NCBI GenBank assembly: GCA_963665325.3
Contig: CAXXWS020000003.1
Location: 1,040,051-1,104,050 of the forward strand
From: Alphaproteobacteria bacterium
GTDB lineage: Bacteria; Pseudomonadota; Alphaproteobacteria; Bin95
Reading direction: 5' to 3'
DNA length: 64,000 nt
Under the pieces are notes generated by a model. It made no database searches, was not told the origin of the DNA, and worked only from the letters and a program-made list of their open reading frames with translations. This document shows, in pieces, positions 51,859-60,362 of this stretch (the stretch's first letter is position 1; each line of letters opens with the position of its first letter). The position numbers were made by a program, and so were the translations under genes.

Positions 51859-52177
51859 GTTGCAACACACCTCTTGGGAAAAGAGGGTGAGGGTACAGTA
51901 TGGCTGTTTCCCAAAGACCTTTCAACTCTCGGAATCTCTCCAGGAATCGGTGTCGTCAGCACCCACCGCCCCGGCTTTCCGGAGGCAGTCTTGTTTGAGT
52001 CGTGCAGCCATATCGAGATTTTCGCTGCTGGCATAGCGATTTGCTTCCGCCGCTGCGGACGGAGTGTTGCCGATGGGGCCGGGCAGGCGGAGATTATGGA
52101 ACCGGTCGCCCCATTCGAGGGTGCGTATTCGACATGCGCTTCGCGACTATCCTACCTTGGCCAGTCCGACGGCATTG

Positions 52178-53059
52178 CTAGGGACCACGGAAGCTATCTG
52201 CGATTTCGCCGCTGACGGCCCGCGCAGCCTCATTGTCGAGATCGGGCCGTTCCAAAAGCTGGACGCCAATCTCCCCCAGTCTTGGCAGATGGGACGGCTG
52301 GAAGAGAACCTTCATATCCTCAGGTATTTGGCCTTCCGGCATGGCGGCGATCGCTCGACCTGACCGGATGACACGGTCGAGAAGCCGGTCGCTCCAGCTT
52401 GTCGCAGTCAGGCGGTACGCAATGTCATGGCTCTCCAGCGCAGCCAGCGCGGAAGCCCGAACCGGGCAGCCTTCCGGATAGCTTGCCAGATGAATGGGCC
52501 CATCTTGTCCGAACACGTAGTCCGGTGTGCCGGCCCAGCGAAGACGGGACCGGTCAAGCAACATCGCCGACGGCGTTTCCTCCCCCTGCAAAAGCAGCGC
52601 GAGATCGATACTGCCCGTTTCGACGGACCGCCGCAGTCCGTCACCGAAGTCGCAGACGATATCCAGCTCGATGGCTGCATAACGCTCACGAATACGCGCA
52701 AGGAGCGGCGCCAGCATCGCCGCTCCAAAACCTTCGATCGCGCCTATACGGACCGTGCCGGCAACCGTCCGGGACCGCGCACTGCGGAAGAGACGGTCAT
52801 GGTGATCGAGAAGGCCGCGCGCATCCAGGAACAGCTCCTTGCCCGCTGGCGTCAACCGCACATTCAGCCGGTTCCGATGGAACAATCGCTCCCCGATCTG
52901 TTCCTCGAGCATTCGAACACGGGTCGATACAGCGCCCTGAGAACACCCAATGAATCGAGCTCCGGCCGTGAAGCTCCGCTCGGCAGCTACGCTAACGAAC
53001 GCGCGCAGCAGCTTCATCTCGATGTCAGGTTTTGCCAGTCGCCTGTTCCGTGTCGTCAT
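52178..53059 (-). CDS. LysR-family transcriptional regulator
   Basis: LRAFVSVAAERSFTAGA...SQGAVSTRVRMLEEQIGERLFHR...LTPAG; divergent from porin 1. Confidence 0.9.
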   Translation of the reverse strand: MTTRNRRLAKPDIEMKLLRAFVSVAAERSFTAGARFIGCSQGAVSTRVRMLEEQIGERLFHRNRLNVRLTPAGKELFLDARGLLDHHDRLFRSARSRTVAGTVRIGAIEGFGAAMLAPLLARIRERYAAIELDIVCDFGDGLRRSVETGSIDLALLLQGEETPSAMLLDRSRLRWAGTPDYVFGQDGPIHLASYPEGCPVRASALAALESHDIAYRLTATSWSDRLLDRVIRSGRAIAAMPEGQIPEDMKVLFQPSHLPRLGEIGVQLLERPDLDNEAARAVSGEIADSFRGP

Positions 53060-53351
53060 ATTCGAGCCCGAGTTTTGTCATTCAGCACAGGACTTCATCT
53101 CTTCAGGCGTTCATTGATCCAATCGATCGGCTCCTGCTGATGGGGCCAGTTTCGATGTTATTGCATTGACAGCTTCTTGGCCAAGCCGGTCGATCGGCGG
53201 CGCGTAACCAGTGCTCAACAACACAATGCACCGGCGGCGAAGAGGATCGGTATCGCACCCCCAAGAACGCCGTGCACGCCGTGCATACCGCATTTCCGGC
53301 GAAGACGACGGAGCCGCCGGAAGACCCGGACGGTCCGGCACGATGCCTGCG

Positions 53352-53513
53352 CGGCTTTCGAAGCATCTTCCGGTCGCACATTGGGGATTATGAGAAAAAC
53401 CCTGCTTGCGACCTCTGCGCTGGCCTTTGCCGGCGCGCTGGCTGCCGGGCCGGCCTCGGCGGCCGACATGCTGAGCGTCGGCGTCGGCGGCTACATGCAG
53501 CAATGGATTGGTG
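53352..53513 (+). repeat. 162-bp inverted repeat, left copy (porin leader + 5' coding)
   Basis: Matches the reverse complement of 62883-63044 with 6 mismatches by eye; first 64 bp identical. Confidence 0.9.
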
Positions 53514-54748
53514 TATCCAGTCTCGACAGCGCCGCCGGCGATGGCGGCGTCAGCCAGTATTCGGACAGCGAAATCTTCTTCAGGGGCAAGCTGGAGGCCG
53601 ACAGCGGGCTGACCTTCTCCGTGAAGGTCGAGTTCGAGGGCAACACCCATGCGGACGTGGTCGATGAATCGCAGGTCACGGTCGGCGGCTCGTTCGGCCA
53701 GATCGTGCTCGGCTCCGAGGACGACCCGACGACGCTCATGCACTACGGCACCGGCGATGTCGGCGTCGGCCTGAACTGCGGCGACGCCTCGTTCATCAAC
53801 GGCCTGACCAGCTGCGCCAGAAGCAGCGGCAAGGGCCTCGGCACGGCCGGCCATCTGATCGGCGGCGACAGCCAGAAGATCGCCTACTACACCCCCCGCC
53901 TGAGCGGCGTGCAGTTCGGCGTGTCCTACAGCCCGGAGTCCGTCGAGGACAGCGGCGCCGGCTCGCCGGTGAACAATGACGAAGACGCGGTGTCGCTGGG
54001 CCTGAACTACACGGGCGCGGTGGGCGATACCAACGTCTCGCTCTCCGTCGGCCATTACCAGAAGAGCCAGGTCGGCGCGACGGAGATGCTCAAGTCGGGC
54101 ATGAACGACGCTGCGATCTCGGTCGGCACGTACATGGCCAACGTTAAGGCCATCGAGGACTATGCGACGGCGCAGGCCGAAGGCACCAGCTCCAGCCTCG
54201 ACACGCTGGCGAACGGCGCCGCAGCGGCAGAGGCGTCGAACAAGGGCGCGTTCGACACCATGGCCTCGAAGGCCGACAGCCAGACGTTCACCAATTTCGG
54301 CATTAATGTCGGCATGGGCGCGTTCGGCTTCAGCGCCGCCTACGCCGTGCATGACGGCGGCACCTACATGGTCGCCAAGAGCCCGGACGTGAATGTCGTC
54401 GCCGGCCACACATGGGACGATGACGGCGACGCAACGACAGCCGCTGTCGCGGAGTCCGGCGACAAGAACGACCCGTCGAACGATACCGCGCGGACGGTTC
54501 TCGTGAAGGACACCTCCAGGGACTACGAGGTGGCGAGCGCCGGCGTGATGTATTCGGACGGCCCGATGGCGGTCAGCCTGGCCCACATGATGGCCGATGC
54601 CGATGACGGCTCCAGTGTCAGCGCGACCATGCTGTCCGTCAGCTACACGCTGGCGCCGGGCGTCGCATCGCGGTCCACGCTTATGGCCGGCGAGCAGGAT
54701 GCGGCCCAGGGCACGGCGTTCGTGACCGGCATCACGCTCAGCTTCTGA
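53390..54748 (+). CDS. Outer-membrane porin 1 (general porin, long loop insertions)
   Basis: Signal peptide, DSEIFFRG, FGQIVLG, KIAYYTPR, C-terminal ITLSF. Confidence 0.88.
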   Translation: MRKTLLATSALAFAGALAAGPASAADMLSVGVGGYMQQWIGVSSLDSAAGDGGVSQYSDSEIFFRGKLEADSGLTFSVKVEFEGNTHADVVDESQVTVGGSFGQIVLGSEDDPTTLMHYGTGDVGVGLNCGDASFINGLTSCARSSGKGLGTAGHLIGGDSQKIAYYTPRLSGVQFGVSYSPESVEDSGAGSPVNNDEDAVSLGLNYTGAVGDTNVSLSVGHYQKSQVGATEMLKSGMNDAAISVGTYMANVKAIEDYATAQAEGTSSSLDTLANGAAAAEASNKGAFDTMASKADSQTFTNFGINVGMGAFGFSAAYAVHDGGTYMVAKSPDVNVVAGHTWDDDGDATTAAVAESGDKNDPSNDTARTVLVKDTSRDYEVASAGVMYSDGPMAVSLAHMMADADDGSSVSATMLSVSYTLAPGVASRSTLMAGEQDAAQGTAFVTGITLSF

Positions 54749-54833
54749 TCTGCGCGGCGAACGACCCCACGAAGGAACGATCCAAACGGTTTGCCCGGCC
54801 GAATCCGGTCCGGGTTGAAAGGAGAAGGGTTCG

Positions 54834-56435
54834 ATGAGAACCATGAAACATCTGGCCTTTGCGGCAATGGCCGCTTCGGCTCTGGCACTCGCAGGCTGCG
54901 GAGGTGGCGGCAGCTCCAGTAGCATGGTGGCGCCCACGACGCCCACCACCACCACGTCGGAGACGACGACGCCCACGTCGATGGAGCTCCTGCTGCCGAG
55001 CGGCAGCAACATGTATCTCGACGACAGCGACACGATGCTCGCCGACGGCACATTCACCGTCGCAGCCGGCACGACGGTGAACCGTGGCGCCTACGCCTTC
55101 ACCTGCGGCGGCGACGAGGACTGCACGGTCACGGTCGCCGATGACGTAGTCACCGAGACGGGCGGTGTCACGGTCGACTACACGGCGACGGCGCAGGCCA
55201 CCATCACCATGAAGATGATGATGGCGGACGAGACGAACACCGAGAAGGCGATCGGCCTGTCGAAGGCGCTGGCCGCCGCCACCGAGGACGACGACAATGC
55301 TCCCACCGTATCCCGGGGGACGAGCGGCGCCGCCACTTTCAAGAAAGCCGGCTTCGAAGCGGGCGCGGCCCCGATGAGCATCGCCGGCTGGGAAGGCGCG
55401 ACGCTGACCCAGAAGACCCAAAGCATCGTGGCCTATACGGAGATCGAGGCCGCGACGCGGATGGCGTTTACGAAGGTTTATAGTGCTACGGCAGCGGACA
55501 ATCCCGGCGGACTTGCTTTCGCAGATGGCATGGTGACGATTCCCGCTGCCGCGTTGTCGTCCTCTCAAGCAGCCCTGCTGGACAAGACCCGTTTCCCGCA
55601 GAAGGGAAGCGCGGGTGCTGGAACCGAGACGTGGACCTACGTTGATGAAGCCGATGTCGATGTGGGCGAAAAGATGCACCCTCGGGAGTTCTCCGGTACC
55701 CTCCAAGGTGCGCGGGGCGATTACAGTTGCACCGGTGAGTGCTCCGTGGCGGTCACCGATGCCGGCAGCTACACGTTCGCAGGCACTTGGAATTTCGATC
55801 CCGACTCCTCCGCCCAGGCCGTCGTGACGGATCCCGACTACCTGACCTTCGGATGGTGGATCGACGAGAAGAAGAAGACCGCGGCAGGGGACTATCCTTT
55901 CACGGTCAACACATTCGCCACCGGGTCAGCGGTGTTCCCGACGGCCGCCGATACCGACACTGGCGCTGTTGGCCTGGACACCCTTACGGGCGAGGTGGAA
56001 TATAACGGCGTGGCGGCCGGCCTCTACGCGGTCAAGAATGTCGAGGGCGGGGAGATCGTTTCCGCCGCCCACGGAGCCTTCACCGCTGACGCCAGCCTGA
56101 CCGCCGACTTCGAGGCAGGAGATGCCGGGTTCCTTTCCGGCAAGATCGACGGTTTCCAAGGCGGTATGGACATGTCGGGCTGGGAGGTGACGCTGCAGAA
56201 GTCCAACTTCGATACCGACGGCAGCCTGGCGGACCAAGACGACGCCATCAACGCCACCGGCATGATGGTCGCGGGCAAGATCGGCGACACCAAGAGCACG
56301 AACGGCATCTGGGATGTCAGTCTCCACGGGTCAGGCGCAGACGCCGCCGCGCCCAGCGGAATCGCCGGGACCTTCCGGGTCGACTTCACCAACGCCAATA
56401 TCGCCGGAGCGTTCGGCGCAACGCGCGACAAGTAG
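54834..56435 (+). CDS. Surface lipoprotein 1, TbpB/fHbp-like C-terminal barrel (predicted Slam substrate)
   Basis: Lipobox LAGC-GGGG, DYLTFGWW, FTADASLTADF, C-terminal IAGAFGA. Confidence 0.8.
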   Translation: MRTMKHLAFAAMAASALALAGCGGGGSSSSMVAPTTPTTTTSETTTPTSMELLLPSGSNMYLDDSDTMLADGTFTVAAGTTVNRGAYAFTCGGDEDCTVTVADDVVTETGGVTVDYTATAQATITMKMMMADETNTEKAIGLSKALAAATEDDDNAPTVSRGTSGAATFKKAGFEAGAAPMSIAGWEGATLTQKTQSIVAYTEIEAATRMAFTKVYSATAADNPGGLAFADGMVTIPAAALSSSQAALLDKTRFPQKGSAGAGTETWTYVDEADVDVGEKMHPREFSGTLQGARGDYSCTGECSVAVTDAGSYTFAGTWNFDPDSSAQAVVTDPDYLTFGWWIDEKKKTAAGDYPFTVNTFATGSAVFPTAADTDTGAVGLDTLTGEVEYNGVAAGLYAVKNVEGGEIVSAAHGAFTADASLTADFEAGDAGFLSGKIDGFQGGMDMSGWEVTLQKSNFDTDGSLADQDDAINATGMMVAGKIGDTKSTNGIWDVSLHGSGADAAAPSGIAGTFRVDFTNANIAGAFGATRDK

Positions 56436-56476
56436 CTTCTCGTTGCAGGGCGCAGAAGCACTCTGCAAGCCAATTT

Positions 56477-56510
56477 CCCCGGCCATCTTCCGAGTGGCCG
56501 GGGCTTTTTT
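56477..56510 (+). terminator. Intrinsic terminator between lipoprotein 1 and Slam 1
   Basis: ccccggcca-N9-tggccgggg followed by a T-tract. Confidence 0.7.
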
Positions 56511-56529
56511 CCGCAAGATCGTCGAAGCC

Positions 56530-57792
56530 ATGAGTACATTTGTTCTCACCATCGTTCTGGCAGGGCTGCTTGTGCTCATCGCCGCGCCCCTCGCCTTCGG
56601 CCAGGACAGGAACGAAGCCCGCTTCCGCACCGGCATGGCCGCCGTCGAGGCGGCCGCGCAGGAGCAGGACGAAGATGCCCGGGACGAGAAGCTCGACGAG
56701 GCCATCGCGGCCTTCCGCGCCATTCTCGTGAGCCGCCCGGAGCTTGTGCGGGTGCGGCTCGAACTCGCCCGCGCCTTCTTCCTGAAGGAGGAGGACACGC
56801 TCGCCCGGAGGCATTTCGAGCAGGTGCTGGCGGGTGACGTGCCCCCGGCTGTCGCCGCCAACATTGCCCGCTTCCTGCGCGTCATGCGCTCCCGGCGGCG
56901 ATGGGAGGCGCATTTCGGGGCGGCCATAGCCCCCGACAGCAACCTGAACGCCGCCTCGGGCGAGCGCACGGTCTTCCTCGACACGCCCTTCGGCCGCCTG
57001 CCCTTCACCCGCCAGGGCGACATCGCGCCCAAGTCCGGCCTCGGCGTCTCGGTCTGGGGCGGCGGCGAATACCAGTATCCGCTCGGAGCGGGCCGCTGGC
57101 GGCTGCGCTCCGGGGCGGACGCGAGCGTCCGCGAATACAAGGGCGGGACCTTCGACCGCCATTCCGTCTCCGCACATCTCGGCCCCCGCCGGCTGATCGA
57201 CGCGCGCACCGAGGCGAGCCTGCTCGCCACCGTGGACCGGCAGTGGACCGCCGGCATGCCCGAGACCGACCGCTTCGGACTGCGGCTGGAAGCCGAGCGC
57301 CGCCTGACGCCGCGCCTCGCCATGTTCGGGCAGGCGAGCGCCGCCCGGCGCAACTGCCGCGACTGCAACTGGCTCGACGGCCCGGTGGGAGACATTTCGC
57401 TGGGGGCGGGCTGGGCCGCGCTTCCCGTGCTCCGGATCGACGCTAATGCCGGCTGGAGCTGGAGCCGCACGAACTCCGAGCACTGGCGTTCGAGCGGGCC
57501 CCAGGCGAGCCTTGGCGCAACGCTGGCGCTGCCGGCGGGCTTCACCGTGGGCCTGCGCGCCTCCCTGCAGCGCACGGAATATCAGGGGCCGGGCTTCGCC
57601 CACAACACCATCGACGGCGAGCCGCGCGAGGACGAAACGCAGACGCTCTCCGCCTCGGTGCACAACCGCGCGGTGACGGTGCTCGGCTTCAGCCCCCGCC
57701 TCTCGCTCGTCCGCGAGGAGCGCGACACCAACGCCCAGGCCCTCGACTACAAGCGAAACCGCGCCGAGCTCAGCTTCGTGCGCCAGTTCTGA
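56530..57792 (+). CDS. Slam / DUF560 outer-membrane translocator 1 (type XI secretion)
   Basis: TPR-like RVRLELARAFF, APDSNLN, beta-barrel ending in FVRQF; adjacent to a lipoprotein. Confidence 0.85.
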   Translation: MSTFVLTIVLAGLLVLIAAPLAFGQDRNEARFRTGMAAVEAAAQEQDEDARDEKLDEAIAAFRAILVSRPELVRVRLELARAFFLKEEDTLARRHFEQVLAGDVPPAVAANIARFLRVMRSRRRWEAHFGAAIAPDSNLNAASGERTVFLDTPFGRLPFTRQGDIAPKSGLGVSVWGGGEYQYPLGAGRWRLRSGADASVREYKGGTFDRHSVSAHLGPRRLIDARTEASLLATVDRQWTAGMPETDRFGLRLEAERRLTPRLAMFGQASAARRNCRDCNWLDGPVGDISLGAGWAALPVLRIDANAGWSWSRTNSEHWRSSGPQASLGATLALPAGFTVGLRASLQRTEYQGPGFAHNTIDGEPREDETQTLSASVHNRAVTVLGFSPRLSLVREERDTNAQALDYKRNRAELSFVRQF

Positions 57793-57879
57793 CTGAACAG
57801 CCGGATGGACAGGCTGCACGCGCGATAGTCGGCCGCACACGCCGTTGACGGAGTAGCTTTCGGTCGCCACCTTGCTCGC

Positions 57880-58172
57880 ATGAGATCGGTGGCATCAAGG
57901 TTCTGAACAGCAAGCTGAGCGAATACGTCCGGCTTGCGGCGTCCGGCGAAACGATTCTCGTGACTGATCGGGATCGGGTCGTGGCAGAACTCGGCCCGCT
58001 GAGGGAGACACGGAGCCCGTTTCTCGCCGACGCCTTCCTGGCCGAGGCGGTGCGGTCCGGCGTGCTGACGCCGCCGAGGCTGGCCGCTTCGGGACCGCCG
58101 CCCAAACCCGCGCCCGTCGCCACGCTGGACGAAATCCTGGCGGATCTGGACGAGAGCCGGCGCGACCGGTGA
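57880..58172 (+). pseudogene. Phd/YefM-family antitoxin with 5' frameshift
   Basis: MRSV / GIKVLNSKLSEYVRLAASGETILVTDRDRVVAEL; span is 293 nt, one base short of a whole number of codons. Confidence 0.75.
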
Positions 58173-58568
58173 TCTACATCGACACGTCCGTCGCGCTCGC
58201 GCATCTTCTTGCCGAGGATCGCCAGCCTCCCGGCTCGCTCTGGGAGGAGACACTGTTTTCCACCCGATTGCTGGAATACGAAATATGGACCCCGCTGCAC
58301 GCACGCGAGCTTGCGGCGAAGCAGCACGCTGGCTGATCGGGCGGGTCGCGATGCTGGATCTTTCGCCGTCGGTGCTGGCGCGGGCACTGAATGCCTTTCC
58401 CTGCCCCGGCCCGGTGCGGACGCTCGACGCCTGCATCTGGCGTCGGGCGCTTATCTGGCCGGGCACGGACAGGGGGTCATGCTCGCAAGCTATGACCGGC
58501 GAATGAACACCATCGCCCGCGCGATGGATATTTCGCTGTTCGACTTGGAAGCATCGCAAACTGCATGA
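58169..58568 (+). pseudogene. PIN-domain (VapC) toxin with frameshifts
   Basis: MIYIDTSVAL..., ...VRTLDA / HLAS...LASYDRRM spread over several frames; GTGA overlap with the antitoxin. Confidence 0.75.
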
Positions 58569-58574
58569 TTGTCG

Positions 58575-58865
58575 TAGCGGCGGCCCCGAACGCCCGAATG
58601 GGGACATCCGACGGGTAGGTCAGCCACCATCCTGCCGCGAGGTAGTCCGTCGGGTCGGCGTCATTCCAATCGATGAGAGCGTAGAGGAACACCCGGCCGT
58701 CATAGTGGTTGTCCGCCAGTATCCATTCGCGGCTGGAATGACCGGGCTGGACGGGACGCGGGAGGAACAGCCCCGACGTCCATTCGGTGTCCCGGACGGT
58801 ATTGAGGGTGCCGGTCCGGTCCCGCCGTCAGGGATCCGCACGTCGACACTGAGCACGCCCTCGGC
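58575..58865 (-). pseudogene. Internal fragment of a third surface-lipoprotein-like gene
   Basis: TLNTVRDTEW...ALIDWNDADPTDYLAAGWWL echoes DYLTFGWW/AYMTFGWW in the two intact lipoproteins; no start, frameshifted. Confidence 0.5.
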
Positions 58866-58948
58866 CTGAGCGGCGCGGGCGGCGGGCGCAGCGCAGGCGG
58901 ACTTTGTAACCGGTCTTACGGTGCATCCCGCTCTGTCCGGCTGCTCAG

Positions 58949-60247
58949 TCAGAACTGTCTGACGAAGGAGAGTTCGGCGCGGTTGCGCTTGTAGTCGAGG
59001 GCCTGGGCGTTGGTGTCGCGCTCCTCGCGGACGAGGCTGATGCGGGGGCTGAAGCCGAGCACAGTCACCGCGCGGTTGTGCACCGAGAGCGAGAGCGTCC
59101 GCGTCTCGTCCTCGCGCGGCTCGCGGTCGATGGTGTTGTGGGCGAAGCCCCGCCCCTGGTATTCGGTGCGCTGCATTGAGGCGCGCAGGCCCACGGTGAA
59201 GCCAAGCGGCAGCGCCAGCGACGCGCTCAGGCTGGCCTGCGGGCCGCTCGAGCGCCAGTGTTCGGAGTTGGCGCGGCTCCAGTTCCAGCCGGCATTGCCG
59301 CTGAGGCGCAGGACCGGCAGCGCGGCCCATGTGGCCCCGAGCGAGACATTCCCCTCCGGGCCGTCGAGATGATTGCAGTCGCGGCAGTTGCGCCGGGCGG
59401 CGCTCGTCCGGGCGAACATCGCAAGACGCGGCGTCAGCCGGTGCTCGCCTTCCAGGCGCAGGCCGAAGCGGTCTGTCTCGGGCATCCCGGCGGCCCATTG
59501 CCGGTCCACGGTCGCCAGCAGGCTCGCCTCCGTCCTCGTGTCGATGAGCCGGCGCGGGCCGAGATGGGCCGAGAGGAAATGGCGGTCGAAGGTCCCGCCC
59601 TTGTATTCCCGGATGCTGGCGTTGGCCCCGGAGCGCAGCCGGAGAGTCTGTGAAAGCGGATACTGGTATTCGCCGCCACCCCAGATGGAGAGGCCAAGGC
59701 CGGACTTCGGTGCGATGTCGCCCTGGCGGGTGAACGGTATGCGTTGCCCGAGAAAGTCGAGGAAGATCGTGCGTTCGCCGGAGGCGGCGTTCAGATTGCT
59801 GTCCGGGGCAAGGGCCGCGCCGAAATGCGCCTCCCAGCGCCGCCGCGAGCGCATGGTGCGCAGAAAGCGGACGATATTGGCAACCACCGGGGGCGGCGGC
59901 CTGCCGGCCAGCACCTGCTCGAAATGCCTCCGGGCGAGCGTGTCCTCCTCCTTCAGGAAGAAGGCGCGGGCGAGTTCGAGCCGCACCCGCACAAGCTCCG
60001 GGTTATTCACCAGGATGGAACGGAACGCGGCGATGGCCTCGTCGAGCTTCTCGTCGCGGGCCTCACGGCCCGTTGCGGTGTGGGCGGCATGGAGGGCCGC
60101 TATGCCAGCTCGGAAGCGCCTGTCGGTGGCATCAGCGGCGCCAACGCCGCCTTTCGCAACATTCGCTGCGCCGGGAGCGGCATAGGCGAGCGTCGCGGTG
60201 ACGAGGATGAGAAGGCCGGTGACGATGATGAGGATCAGGAAGCGCAA
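58949..60247 (-). CDS. Slam / DUF560 outer-membrane translocator 2
   Basis: Close paralog of Slam 1 over most of its length; TTG start LRFLILII. Confidence 0.85.
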   Translation of the reverse strand: MRFLILIIVTGLLILVTATLAYAAPGAANVAKGGVGAADATDRRFRAGIAALHAAHTATGREARDEKLDEAIAAFRSILVNNPELVRVRLELARAFFLKEEDTLARRHFEQVLAGRPPPPVVANIVRFLRTMRSRRRWEAHFGAALAPDSNLNAASGERTIFLDFLGQRIPFTRQGDIAPKSGLGLSIWGGGEYQYPLSQTLRLRSGANASIREYKGGTFDRHFLSAHLGPRRLIDTRTEASLLATVDRQWAAGMPETDRFGLRLEGEHRLTPRLAMFARTSAARRNCRDCNHLDGPEGNVSLGATWAALPVLRLSGNAGWNWSRANSEHWRSSGPQASLSASLALPLGFTVGLRASMQRTEYQGRGFAHNTIDREPREDETRTLSLSVHNRAVTVLGFSPRISLVREERDTNAQALDYKRNRAELSFVRQF

Positions 60248-60274
60248 ATCACGTTCCGCTGACTCGAATGAAAG

Positions 60275-60303
60275 AGGCCCACGGGGCAGTGCCCCGTGGG
60301 CCT
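60275..60303 (-). terminator. Hairpin between lipoprotein 2 and Slam 2
   Basis: aggcccacggggc-agt-gccccgtgggcct, followed by CTTTC on the minus strand. Confidence 0.6.
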
Positions 60304-60362
60304 GGGTAGTCCCCCGCGCCCCGGCCGCCGGAGCAGCCGGGGTGAAGGCCCGAACAACGCCG

